Shown in pieces: positions 24,000-35,328 of a DNA stretch of 64,000 nt (its first letter is position 1; every line of letters starts with the position of its first letter). The stretch comes from Phaeosaccion multiseriatum. Lineage: Eukaryota > Protista > Ochrophyta, other classes. The notes beneath the pieces are model-generated. The model searched no databases and was not told where the DNA came from. It was given only the letters and a program-made list of their open reading frames with translations. The stretch spans positions 62,001 through 126,000 of the forward strand of contig OZ218952.1 of the NCBI GenBank assembly GCA_965112735.1, in the 5' to 3' direction. The translations under genes and the position numbers were made by a program.

Positions 24000-26900
24000 T
24001 GTGGTAGATTGTCCTGCCTGAGGGTTTCCGGTCACACATTCTGGGGTATAATAAGAATGTCGGTTTCCTAGGCACGCCCCGAGGGGGTTCAACGGCTCTA
24101 ACGTTTCACCCTCCTCTTTGTGGGCACAAGCTTTGCATCAGCAAGTAGTAGAGATATATTATCAATACGGACACTGACGCCCCACCATAGGCGCAGCATA
24201 TACTTAGTCCAAACCCCTTAACGTTTCTACTATCTTAGCTTAGCACAGAACTAGTTCTCGCTTTAGAAAAGCATTGGAGAAGGATTTTCTCGGACCGATT
24301 GGAGGAGCGGCATCATGGCGGTTCAAGGCATCATCATGAGGGACCCAACCCATTATCCGGAGATACGGACGCCTCTATCTGCGGAAGTCGTCAGCGAGTT
24401 CTTACTGCAGTACGATCAGTCCGCGCTCAGGGATAGGGACAAGCCGCTGGATATCCCCAGCATGGTGCAGCTCATCGAACCAGCACACCGTTTTGGAATA
24501 GCCATCGCCAATAAAGTGTCGGAGGCTCAGCTAACGTCCAAGATGGTACGGGATTACTTGGAGAGGTGGTTGAAGAAGAATCGCAGGGAGGACGTCAACG
24601 GCAACGCCACTCTTAATGAGATCATCAGGAGGACGGTAATCGAGTACGACCCAGACCCTCTTCAGTTCAAGCACAATCTCCAGTATATGTGCCAGCAATA
24701 CCTTCGCGCGATTCACGAGTCGGCAGCAAGGAAGGAGTACCTGAATCTGAACCCCACCGATACGAATTACCTTGGTCCGAACGGAAAGCACGCTGCCAAA
24801 GGGATGCAGCGAGGCTTACTTACCGTCATCAAGAATTATGACCCATGCATGGAGAAGATGCTGGTGGACGCGTTCAAAGATGGACAGAAGGACTGGGGAG
24901 AGCATCACGGGGAGTGGATGGAGAAATTCGTCAAACACTTATGCCAGTGGGCCACCATGAGAGCGGCAGCACGGCGTATCGGCGGTAAGGCCGAACATTT
25001 CCTTCCCGGACTCAAGGGTGACCAAGGGGCATCTGGAGGCGGCGGGGGGGGCGGTGGTGGGCAAGGCAAAGGTGCAGGCGGCAAGCGCAAGTGGCAGCAG
25101 GAGCAGCAGCCAAAGCGTACGGGTGCAGAGACCTCCTCGAAGGAGACAGCGGCGGGCAAAGAGACAGCCAGCAACCCATTGAAGAAGGCCCGTACTCCGA
25201 AGTGCTGGGCCTGCGACAAGCCGCATCGGATTGACGACTGCCCTACAACCACTGCCGAAGACAAGAAACGCATCAAGGCAGAGAAACAGAAGGCATGGGA
25301 GCAGAGGAAGGCTGAGGCGAAGAAACCGGGGGTGACGTCCGTCTCATCTTCTTCGGCTGCGGCAGGTGTTTCTTTGCCAGGGCCAGTTGCTATGGACCTC
25401 ACGGGAGACCGCATGAGCGTGGTTCTCGTGAATGACACGACTCCGGAGGTGCGGATGTCGGCGCAAGCCCTGTTTGACAGCGGATGCGATGTGGGTATGG
25501 TCATGGGTGGTGACCTGGCTCGCACGTGGGTCGGAAAGGGTGGTGGCGTACTAGAGGCCTGTGAGCCTTCGGAGTGCGTCACTGCTGCTGGACCTGTGAC
25601 TGCCAACGAAGTGTTGTGCGGCAGTCACCTTGAGATAGAGCTGAGTCATGGAAGCGTGAGTACAGCGCAGCTGGACAAGGAGTTCAGATCCATATTGGTT
25701 CTTGAGAGCTTGGGCAGCAGACTGATTCTGGGCCGGCCTTTGCATAAGGCACTGGGCTTGGAATCTTTGACTGAGCAGTTGCACAGAGTGCACGAGAAAC
25801 GGTCGGAGGAGACCCTGCAGAGGGAGCGTGACGACGCTTCCCCTGCGACAGGGGCCGCCCCGACTAAGCAGCAGAGTGTTGAGAAGAGCGTGTGTTCTAT
25901 GGGCGTTGAAGCCATCCAAGACTTTGTCGATTATGAGGCAAGCAACTTCCCCGTGAAAGTATTGGGGGTAGGAGCGCAGGAGGTTGCGGCCGAGAGCCCC
26001 CCTCCTGTCGCCAGTGCAGAGACACCAGAGGTTAGCGCCATTGGCGGCCAACCGCTTAATAATAAAGACCGTGAAGAGTGTGAAGGTGTACCGGATACTA
26101 TTCAAGGGCCATCAGAGGGAGTTCCCCCTTCTGAGGCACGCCGTAGAGAGGTGCTAGGTCCCATTGTGGACAAAGCAATCACTGATCATGATTTCCCTGC
26201 GGAGCTGAGAGAGCCAATGATGGAAGCTCTCTTAGAGTTCGACGTATGGCGGGAAGAGTTGCTCTTTAGCGACGGCCCCGCTAACGTAGAGCCAATGGAG
26301 GTGACGTTTACCACTAAGGTACCGAGCTCCCGTCTCCCCATAAGGCAACAAGGCGCAAAGGGTGCTTTTGTAAATGACTTTTGCAACAAGTTGATAGACA
26401 AAGGCCTGGGTTATAGCAACCCGCAGAGCGCTCATGGCAGCCCGGCGTTTGCAGTGGGCAAACCCGGCAAGCCAGGCAAGTACCGTATCGTCTGCGACTT
26501 TCGCGAAGTCAATGAAAAGGTACAGAAGGTCGATTTTGGGATGATGAACATTGAAGACGCCGTAGCCTCCATGTTGGGTTGCCTATGGTTCATCGAGATA
26601 GATGGGGTTGACATGTATTGGCAATTCCCACTAGGCAAGTTGAGCCAAGTTGCTCACACCTATATATTCCCAAATGGCAAAGTGACGCCAACTCGAGTAC
26701 CCCAGGGGGCTAAGAACTCGGGCGCTTACGTCCAAGGCCAGATGACCCACCTCTTTCGCAAAGAGTTGTGCAAGACCCACGCCGTCTACATTCACAACGT
26801 AGCGTACTGGGCAAAGGTGGGAGAGGAGATGGTGAGTCTCACTCGACTGACGATGAAGCGCCTTCACAGCGCCAACATCAAGATAGGATTGAGCTCCTTC

Positions 26901-29796
26901 CGCTTCGGCAAAGAGCTTAAGTTCCTAGGCCGCGTGCACGACCGACGCGGCACACGACATGACCCCGCCAGAGTGCAGGGCCTGACCAGTCTCGCGGCCC
27001 CAGAGACGGCTGGAGATTTGATGACTTTCCTCTGCAGCCTGCAGTGGTTTCATCGATACATCAAGGACTTCGCTAAGCTAGTGGGTCCTTTGAACGCGCT
27101 GTTGAACAAAGCCCTCGGGCAGGCTAACGCTAAGCCTCATCAGCACAAGCGCTCCAAGGCAGTGGCCAAGACGATTCCATTGGCTTCTGTGGGGTGGGAC
27201 ATAGAGCACGACGACGCTTTCTTCCAGATCAAGCGCGTTCTTGCACAGAACACGGTGCTGTCGCACCCAGACCCAACCAAACTGGCACTGGTATTCCCAG
27301 ATGCTAGTGACCTCTACTGGGGATGTATGATTACATACATAGACCCCAAAGAGCTGTGCCTTCCGGTACATGAGATGAACCACATCCCGGTGGCCTTCGG
27401 CTCAGGCGCCTTTGAAGGCGCAGAGCTGAGGCGTGCCACCATCGACAAGGAAGGAGACGCGACACTCCGAGGCTTGATCCAGAACGAGTACGCTTTGGTC
27501 GGGGCACAGAAAGTGCACATCTTTTGCGACCATCGCAACTTGGCGTTCATGATGAGCAACGACAGCAAGTACCCTGGCATGACTAAGCCTATGAGGGACA
27601 GGCTGCAGCGTCAGGCCGTGCGCCTTCAGAGCTTTGACTACGTCATTGTCCACTTCCCTGGTCATCTCCATGATTGGGCCGACCCCATTAGCAGGCGGTA
27701 CACGCACCCGGTGAGCCTCACCCCTAGTGTGCTCGCCTTGGGCAAGTTTGGACCCATGCAAGTGTTTGACACTATGTGTGACGACTTCACTTGGCCCTCC
27801 ACAACTGAGATTGCCAGTCTGCAGGCCGACGCTCTTCAGGAGCTCCAGCAGGCTAGCAAGGAGGTGGGAGAGAACGGGCGCCGCCTGCTCCTCTCATCAG
27901 TTGGTGACGACGGGTTGATTCGAGCGTGCCATCCGACGAGCAACCCCGCTGACAGCACCCGCATTTGGATTCCCTCGGTGGGAGCCAAGGCGGAAGACAT
28001 GCACCTGAGGCTGTGTGTGACTGGCCATCAGGGTATGATGGGCCATCAGGGAGAGACAAACACCTTGAGTGCTATTAAGGAGAAGTTCATTTGGCACTCG
28101 CTAGACAAGGACGTGCGAAGCCTCGTTCAGAACTGTCTCCACTGCCTCACCAACGGCAAGGGCGAGAGAGTGCCTCGCCCCCTGCTAGCTCAATGGCACG
28201 CCACTGGACCCCAGCAACTCATCTGGTTTGACTTCGTCAAGATTGGCGATGGAGTCATATGGGCAGAGTCCCCAGAAGGGTTCATGAAGCTTCAGGTCAA
28301 GCAAGTGCTGTGCATCTTTGATGATTTTTCATCATTGTCAATGTATGAGCCATGTTTGGAAGCTACTGCACGAGTGTGTGCACGCGGTCTGTTGCGCTGG
28401 TTCGCACAGCATGGCGTAGTGCCCAGGTGGCAGAGTGACCGAGGCAGTCATTTCCTAAATGAGGTGATACGTGAGTTAAGTCAGCTCTTGCGGTGCAACC
28501 ACCACTTTGTGGTGGCACACAACCCATACAGTCGAGGATTGGGCGAGCGTGGTGTACAGACACTGCAGAAGATCATGAGATCAATGATGTCTGAACTACG
28601 GCAGCCGCCCGAGACATGGCCGCAGCTACTGCCAGTGATGGAGGCTGTTGAGAACAGCTCCAACAAGAGCAGTCGGTCTAACTTGTCTCCCATCCAGCTG
28701 CACAGTGGTCACGTACCACAGCGGCCTCTCGACACGATTTTGATCCACGACGCGGATCGAATGCAAAAGGTTCGGCTACTGCAGCTGACCCCGGCGCAGA
28801 GAGACACCCTTGCGACACAACTCCATCAGAGGAAGGAGGGGCAGCATGCCGAGGCGGCGCGCCAACTGACTACCCTCCGCGATCACAAGCGCGATGGCAT
28901 CAACCAGAGGTTGATGAGTGGCAGACGTGGTGCAGAGCATCGTCAGGACTTGGCCAGAGCTAAGCAGCTCAACAGCGAGACGCTGTTTCAGGTCGGAGTC
29001 TACGTACTCGTTGCAACAGTAGGGCCTACAAGCAAGATACTAGGCAAGTGGCATGGGCCCTGCCGAGTGCTTGAAGCCCTTGAGCAACACGTGTACAAGG
29101 TGGAGGAGCTTGTGGGCAAGAAGCGTACCTATGAGGTACACATCAGCCGGCTCCGCTACTACTGCGGTGCTCACGTTAACGTCACTACCGACGTACTTCA
29201 ACAGATTTCATATAACACCCAAGACTTTGTGGTGGAGGCCTTTGAAGGCCTCGTTAAGCACGCAGATGATTCATGGCACGTCATTGTTAAGTGGCGTGGC
29301 TTTGACGCCCTCGAGAATAGCGAGGAGCCCATCGAGGCGCTGCACGAAGATACTCCACGTTTACTGGAGACCTACCTGCAGCACCATCAGGACAAGCAGT
29401 TGATCAGCGCAGTCCGAGCCTATCTGCGCAAGACTACGACGCGATCGGCTACTAAGCCGCCGCGCTCCGCGCGCACACGAAAGCGGACACAAACTAGATG
29501 ATAGACACACTTACTTCCCAGTTGGCTCGAACTGTCGCTTGGGGGTAGTGTGGTAGATTGTCCTGCCTGAGGGTTTCCGGTCACACATTCTGGGGTATAA
29601 TAAGAATGTCGGTTTCCTAGGCACGCCCCGAGGGGGTTCAACGGCTCTAACGTTTCACCCTCCTCTTTGTGGGCACAAGCTTTGCATCAGCAAGTAGTAG
29701 AGATATATTATCAATGCGGACACTGACGCCCCACCATAGGCGCAGCATATACTTAGTCCAAACCCCTTAACGTTTCTACTATCTTAGCTTAGCACA
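24000..29796 (+). mobile_element. Full-length chromodomain Gypsy element C, 248-bp LTRs, TSD GAGC
   Basis: LTRs 24000-24247 and 29549-29796 (TG...CA, one mismatch seen). GAGC at 23996-23999 and 29797-29800. PPT-like gggggtag. Removal restores B frame PRFAELVAPLQEL. Confidence 0.97.
24315..29501 (+). CDS. Single-ORF Gag-Pol polyprotein of element C (zinc knuckle, PR, RT, RH, IN, chromodomain), 1728 aa
   Basis: CWACDKPHRIDDC, LFDSGCD, IEIDGVDMYWQFPL, PTRVPQG, YIHN (atypical), FPDASD, SDRGSHF, VKWRGFDALENSEEP. Confidence 0.95.
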   Translation: MAVQGIIMRDPTHYPEIRTPLSAEVVSEFLLQYDQSALRDRDKPLDIPSMVQLIEPAHRFGIAIANKVSEAQLTSKMVRDYLERWLKKNRREDVNGNATLNEIIRRTVIEYDPDPLQFKHNLQYMCQQYLRAIHESAARKEYLNLNPTDTNYLGPNGKHAAKGMQRGLLTVIKNYDPCMEKMLVDAFKDGQKDWGEHHGEWMEKFVKHLCQWATMRAAARRIGGKAEHFLPGLKGDQGASGGGGGGGGGQGKGAGGKRKWQQEQQPKRTGAETSSKETAAGKETASNPLKKARTPKCWACDKPHRIDDCPTTTAEDKKRIKAEKQKAWEQRKAEAKKPGVTSVSSSSAAAGVSLPGPVAMDLTGDRMSVVLVNDTTPEVRMSAQALFDSGCDVGMVMGGDLARTWVGKGGGVLEACEPSECVTAAGPVTANEVLCGSHLEIELSHGSVSTAQLDKEFRSILVLESLGSRLILGRPLHKALGLESLTEQLHRVHEKRSEETLQRERDDASPATGAAPTKQQSVEKSVCSMGVEAIQDFVDYEASNFPVKVLGVGAQEVAAESPPPVASAETPEVSAIGGQPLNNKDREECEGVPDTIQGPSEGVPPSEARRREVLGPIVDKAITDHDFPAELREPMMEALLEFDVWREELLFSDGPANVEPMEVTFTTKVPSSRLPIRQQGAKGAFVNDFCNKLIDKGLGYSNPQSAHGSPAFAVGKPGKPGKYRIVCDFREVNEKVQKVDFGMMNIEDAVASMLGCLWFIEIDGVDMYWQFPLGKLSQVAHTYIFPNGKVTPTRVPQGAKNSGAYVQGQMTHLFRKELCKTHAVYIHNVAYWAKVGEEMVSLTRLTMKRLHSANIKIGLSSFRFGKELKFLGRVHDRRGTRHDPARVQGLTSLAAPETAGDLMTFLCSLQWFHRYIKDFAKLVGPLNALLNKALGQANAKPHQHKRSKAVAKTIPLASVGWDIEHDDAFFQIKRVLAQNTVLSHPDPTKLALVFPDASDLYWGCMITYIDPKELCLPVHEMNHIPVAFGSGAFEGAELRRATIDKEGDATLRGLIQNEYALVGAQKVHIFCDHRNLAFMMSNDSKYPGMTKPMRDRLQRQAVRLQSFDYVIVHFPGHLHDWADPISRRYTHPVSLTPSVLALGKFGPMQVFDTMCDDFTWPSTTEIASLQADALQELQQASKEVGENGRRLLLSSVGDDGLIRACHPTSNPADSTRIWIPSVGAKAEDMHLRLCVTGHQGMMGHQGETNTLSAIKEKFIWHSLDKDVRSLVQNCLHCLTNGKGERVPRPLLAQWHATGPQQLIWFDFVKIGDGVIWAESPEGFMKLQVKQVLCIFDDFSSLSMYEPCLEATARVCARGLLRWFAQHGVVPRWQSDRGSHFLNEVIRELSQLLRCNHHFVVAHNPYSRGLGERGVQTLQKIMRSMMSELRQPPETWPQLLPVMEAVENSSNKSSRSNLSPIQLHSGHVPQRPLDTILIHDADRMQKVRLLQLTPAQRDTLATQLHQRKEGQHAEAARQLTTLRDHKRDGINQRLMSGRRGAEHRQDLARAKQLNSETLFQVGVYVLVATVGPTSKILGKWHGPCRVLEALEQHVYKVEELVGKKRTYEVHISRLRYYCGAHVNVTTDVLQQISYNTQDFVVEAFEGLVKHADDSWHVIVKWRGFDALENSEEPIEALHEDTPRLLETYLQHHQDKQLISAVRAYLRKTTTRSATKPPRSARTRKRTQTR

Positions 29797-29800
29797 GAGC

Positions 29801-30432
29801 TCTGCAAAGCGTGGGATGCAGTCTCGCATCCAGCCAGCAGCGGCGACGAATTGAATCAACTCAGCACCGTTCTTGGGCTCCTCGAGGTCGAGGAGACCTT
29901 GGATCTTGACAGGGTCATGCTTGACGCCGTCGCCATCATAGATCTTCCCGCAGAACTTTTGCGAGTTGCCAATGGATACACCCGAGAGCCCGAGCTTGAA
30001 ACCGGCCTTGGCGAGTGCATCGAGCACAGACTGAAGAATGGAGCGGAACTCTTCCTCCGTGTGGGCCCAGATGGTGATGTTGTCGATCCAGGTAACAAGG
30101 TTGGTGCCGAAATGTTCAGAGAGGCACTTAGCTAGAGTGCTCTGTGCAAACTCACTGGCATTGAGGATGCCTTGAGTCACACGCGTGGGAGTAAACTTCC
30201 CGTCAGGGGTGCAGTAGGTGAGGATCTCTTGGCTGGAGAGATCGAGGGGCAGCTGCCAGAACATGTTGGCAAGGTCAAGCTCACAGAAGAAGCGTGCTCC
30301 GCGCATCTTGGCACTGATCTCAGAGAGATTGGGCATGGGAAAGCGGGAGCGAAGAGTGCGAAGGTTGACTTCTTGGTAGTCAGCTACCTGCCTGAACTGT
30401 CCAGGCTTGTCGGGCTTCTGGATACAGAAAGC
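29801..30432 (-). pseudogene. Element B reverse transcriptase core
   Basis: FRQVADYQEVN, FCELDLANMFWQLPL, PTRVTQGILNA, WIDN; bounded by inserts C and D. Confidence 0.93.
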
Positions 30433-33400
30433 TGAGCTACCTGGGATGTGGGACAGACCACACACCCCAGACAACCAACAAGCAAGGGGTTCTTATCCTA
30501 TGTAGAGCGTGTATTAGCTTTCCTTATCAATCTCACTTTCCTATCTATCCTCCTCCTGCGACATGCCGTTCATATGAAGCACGTGTTCCCCAAATGGCGA
30601 CAATCCGGATTCGAACATAACAAACACCTTTGAGACTCCACAACTTCCCCCCCCCAAGACCGAGGCCAACCAGCCAAGGACTGAGAAAACTGTGGGGCGA
30701 AAAGGAGCAGCTCACACACAAACCTCTAATAGAACTATAGCAAACCAATGGGGAAAGAAACAAAGTCCAAAACCCCATGCATCTAGCAGCAGGCAAAGCA
30801 GCAAAGCATCCATATTCCAAAGCGTAGCACCAACTTCTTCAGCAAACAAAAGAAAATAACGGTGAGACACAACACCAAAAAGAAAAATGAGAACAACCAC
30901 ATACTAACCGACCCGTACCCGTTGTGCACACAGCGAGCTGAAGCATGAATACCGATCAATGCCAACCCCCCAAGTCGTAGCGCCAGCAGTGTTGCCTCCA
31001 AAAGAAAACCAAGCTCTCGAGCTCCAGAAGAGTTGATCAGACCCTGCGCAATAAGCAGCAGTAGCAGTAGCAGCAATCCCATCAATAAAGCAAACCAAAT
31101 CCCAAATGCGTGCAGCGTATCCTCGTCTCAATGTGTGTCATCAAAGGACGGCAATACCTCCAAACAAAGCCGCAGGCAGAGCAGCATAATCCAATTTCCA
31201 TAGCAAGCACCAAGTAACCAGCTCCAGCAGCATCCATGCGGCATATACATCGCGAAAACACTGCGAAATCCGCTGACAAGGCCAGCATAAACAGCAAAGT
31301 GCGTCCGATGCAGCAAATTCAAATTCTTTTTGGAATCACAGATCCAAAAATGTCCATATAACCAACCCCTGTAGAAAAGCCGAAAATGCCCTCACAGAAG
31401 CACTCATGTTTTCCACTCCAAGCTCCTCGAACATCAACTCGTAGAAGCTATCCTTCAGCATACGCCGTACCAAGACCACTCCGCTGCGATTCCAATCGTC
31501 CGCCGCGAACTTCCGCTGTACCAGCTGAACAATACAACGAATGCAAAACACCTCGGTGCTGCGGTCCCGAAAAACGAACAAGTCCAATATCTCAAGCGCT
31601 GCTGCACCAATCCATCGACCACCGAGCCCGATAGCAAGAGGATAATCCATCCCTACTGCCGCAAGTAAGTCGCGCAAGCACAGCAAACCACAAGCCCTTT
31701 TCTCTCCCATTGCCCACGTTCACACCGCTCACGAGCCCCAACGCCGAAAAATCCATCACCTGCTCCTCTGCATCACAGGCAGGCCCCAAAACCCACTCCA
31801 TAGCTATTGTGAACGACCAATCGTCATGCCCCCGCCGTCGATGGCAGATAAGTAGCCACATTGCTCAATGCCCCAATTTCCTTCAGCACCGGACGACGGG
31901 CATCTCCGCACACCCCGTAGATGGCCACCAAATGCTGCTGTACCTCCCGAAATGCAAGCGCCGTACACTCCCAATGCCGCCTTCCAATTCCTAATGCCTC
32001 CCTTGCATGCTGCGCCCCTCCTGTCGCGCTTCGCTTCGCTGTTCTGGCCACAGGTTCAATATCCGCTCCACACGCAAACTCAAGGCGCCAACCACCATCA
32101 AAGTGCTCCCCGGTTCATTCCAACAGCCCGAATAGCTGCCTTCGTATCCATGCTGTCACCGCTGATGCTCGTACTAACTGTCTTGCTGTAGCTGCTTGTC
32201 CTGAGAGCCCAATTGCACCACTGCTGCCGTCCTGCTCTCGCGCAAAAACTCTCCAGGGGCGAGGAAGATGAACACAATGCCACCTTCCGGCTATCCTTTT
32301 GCGACTAATGCACTCACTCCCACTACCCTCGCTGGCCGTGCTCCCGTGCGGCCCGTGTGCATCGATAGTAGGCGGGGGCGAATCACTTATTGCTGTTGCT
32401 GTAGCGTTGCTGCTAAATTCCGCTTCTCCAAGCGGGGCTGTCTCTATGGTTATATCCGTTGCGCCAAGCGGGGCGTTCTCTATGGCTGTAGGCGAAGCAC
32501 TCCCGTGGGCAATTTCCGCTGTATCAAGCGGGGCGGCGGCGTTCTCAATGGCATCACTGATGGCTGTGGCTGTAGCGGTGCTGCAAATTTCCGCTTCTCC
32601 AAGCGGGGCTGTCTCTATGGCTGTATCCGCTTCTCCAAGCGGGGCGTCGGCGTGTTCTATGGCAATTTCCGCTGTATCAAGCGGGGCGGCGGCGTTCTCA
32701 ATGGCATCACTGACGGCTGTGGCTGTAGCGGTGCTGCAAATTTCCGCTTCTCCAAGCGGGGCTGTCTCTATGGCTGTATCCGCTTCTCCAAGCGGGCCGT
32801 CGGCGTGTTCTATGGCAATTTCCGCTGCTCTAAGCGTGGCTTCCTCTCCCTCAATTTCCAAAATACTTCGCTCCATTGCGATCCCTGTTGCTTCCCCGCC
32901 CTCGTCCGCCTTAGACGGAGCGTAAAAGCTATGCATATCCAGTGCCTCATCACAAGACAGCGATGCTGGCGTATCCCCATGCTGTGCTACTCGCTGCGAA
33001 CACAAAGCCTGTCTTCGGTCCTCACGCAATGACTCTGCCTTTGTCTGTTGCATCCACTGTTCCACGAACGGCATAGACAGCTGATGCAACCGCAATACAT
33101 GCTGCTGAAACCAAAGCTGGTCATCACTGCTACGAGGAGAATCCAATCCAACCATCCTGCTGTGCAATCGCCATCGTTCTAGTCTTTGTCTGCTACAGCC
33201 ACGCAACACCAACAAAAGGAAAATCCCTCAGCTTCCACCAAGTTGAGCCACCTGGGATGTGGGACAGACCACACACCCCAGACAACCAACAAGCAAGGGG
33301 TTCTTATCCTATGTAGAGCGTGTATTAGCTTTCCTTATCAATCTCACTTTCCTATCTATCCTCCTCCTGCGACATGCCGTTCATATGAAGCACGTGTTCC

Positions 33401-33453
33401 CCAAATGGCGACAATCCGGATTCGAACATAACAAACACCTTTGAGACTCCACA
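30433..33453 (-). mobile_element. Non-autonomous LTR element D (LARD/TRIM-like), 210-bp LTRs, TSD AAGC
   Basis: LTRs 30433-30642 and 33244-33453 (one mismatch seen). tRNA-type PBS TGGTGGAAGCTGAGGGA on the minus strand 3 nt from the 5' LTR; G-rich PPT. Removal restores B frame AVWASRAFCIQKP. Confidence 0.93.
32115..33215 (-). CDS. Hypothetical acidic Ala/Glu-rich ORF with 51-aa (153-bp) repeats inside element D
   Basis: 366-codon open frame with repeated APLDTAEIAIEHADAPLGEADTAIETAPLGEAEICSTATATA; no recognised domain. Confidence 0.35.
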   Translation of the reverse strand: MLVLRGCSRQRLERWRLHSRMVGLDSPRSSDDQLWFQQHVLRLHQLSMPFVEQWMQQTKAESLREDRRQALCSQRVAQHGDTPASLSCDEALDMHSFYAPSKADEGGEATGIAMERSILEIEGEEATLRAAEIAIEHADGPLGEADTAIETAPLGEAEICSTATATAVSDAIENAAAPLDTAEIAIEHADAPLGEADTAIETAPLGEAEICSTATATAISDAIENAAAPLDTAEIAHGSASPTAIENAPLGATDITIETAPLGEAEFSSNATATAISDSPPPTIDAHGPHGSTASEGSGSECISRKRIAGRWHCVHLPRPWRVFAREQDGSSGAIGLSGQAATARQLVRASAVTAWIRRQLFGLLE

Positions 33454-34682
33454 AAGCGCGGCTGGCCCAGACGGCCTGAGGGTTTGGATAGTGATATCCG
33501 AACTTGGAGAGCTCGTCCGTGAAGTCTCGAAGAAAGTCACGACGGGCACCGGATTGGTAGATGGGCAATTGGCAGATGGGCTCCGCTCCGTCCTTGAGGC
33601 GAATGACCATGGGGTCGACCTTGGCAGGAGGGTCATGCAAGAGCGCTTTGCCTCGCCATACTTCCGGGTGTGAGGTAAGGACCTGATAGAGAGCGGCGGT
33701 GTCGGAGAAGCCTACTGCTGATTGAGCAATGGGGAGCAGAGCTTCTTTGATTTGAGTTTCCGGTAAGACGGGAGAATCAGACACCTCAGGGAGAAGATCA
33801 TCGTAGCGGGCCAAAGGTTCATTATTAGAGGTGCCAACTTCACTGCGAGCAGTAAAGGTGGCGGAAGCTACGTGGAAGACTTCGTCAGAAATGCATTGCG
33901 AAGCATACACATCATCAAAGAGCAGTCCCAGAGATCTATAGAAAAGTTAGCGTTGTCTCCGATACACTGCTCAGGCAAGGAAGCAAGAGAAGCACCCGCT
34001 TGTAACAACGAACTCAGCCACGCGCACCGTTGCAGAAGACGCATCAGTGGGAGTGGAGTTGCGCAGTTCAAAGGGCACTTCCGAACCAGCCACAGCTGCT
34101 TGCTTCTCCGCCTGCTGTCGGAGCTGCTCTCGGGGCAGCGCGAGACCCAGCTGTTGGGCCAGCCCTTTCCCTAGGTAGAAGAGAGGGGCCTCATCCTCGC
34201 GCGGCTCAAAGAGCAATGCAGTGAGAGATGGAAGTGCGACAGAAGAGAGAGGACCCGCGTCCGTATGAATGTGAAAGTGAAAGTTGCTGAGCTCATGCGT
34301 GATGACTTGTGAGGTGCTGCATCCAAAAGGCTGCAGCTGCACCGGCTTAGGAAGAGCGCGAATGGAGACATCCATTCCGTCTGCTACCATCTCGTCCGCC
34401 ACAGGCCTGGGAAGGAGGCAAAAGGTCTCCGCACCGGTGTCGACTAAGCACTCGAGAGAGCGCTTCTTCAGTTGTCCTGTTTGATGCGTAAGAGCATGCA
34501 AAGAAGCAGGAGAGGAAGAAAAGAGAGAGATTGTTCCATCAGTGGGAGAGTGCGAGAGTAAGTCATTAGCAGTGGTCAGAGTACTGACCTCATAGTTCTT
34601 GGGAGGGTTCCAAGGCAGGTTGCGGTCGCTCATAACCTTCATGCGCTCCGCTTTGTTCTTGAGCTGCGGGCAAGTATAGAGC
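33454..34682 (-). pseudogene. Element B: end of gag, aspartic protease and pre-RT region (frameshifted)
   Basis: CLVDTGAETFC in ORF 33971-34642; PPAKVDPMVIRLK and YPNPQAVWASR in ORF 33356-33910. Confidence 0.88.
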
Positions 34683-35328
34683 GGCCATTCTCTCTACCAT
34701 ATGTCCAAGCTGAAGACGGGGGAGGATGGCACACGGCAGGGGCTCGCAGACAGCGGATCGGCGCTCAACGTGTGGCCAAACTTGGATGGACTGTACGATT
34801 TCCGCGCTCATCAGAGTTTAGTGCAACTAGCAGACGGCAAGTCGCACGCGAAGATACTGGGCAAAGGGAAGGTGAACATCAGCTACGTCTCCAACGAGGG
34901 AGTCAGAGGACTGAAGGGGCTGGAGGTAGTGGTGTCGCCAGACGTACCTTTCTGCATTTTCGCAGAGAAGAACCTCTCAGACCTACTGGGGGGGAGCGCA
35001 AGGCCAACGGGGAAGCCAGTCTATTTCGGCCCATCACCCGACGCACCATAGACGGTGCATACGACGCAGGACCCAGAGCTGGAGCTTGACATGCTACAAT
35101 TCAAGATCGAGGAGGCCACGGAGCAGTGGAGTGATTACATGACCTACCACTGCAAGAACGGCCACCGCAACGATCAAGAACTACGGCGACAGGCCAAGCT
35201 GGAGGGCGTGACACTGTGCGGGAAGAGGGCGCCGTGCAAGACATGCGCAGAGGTGAAGATGACGAAGGCAGCTCAGAGCAAGCAGTTCATCGACTACCCC
35301 AAGGCACCGCTGGCACAGGTAACGCTCG

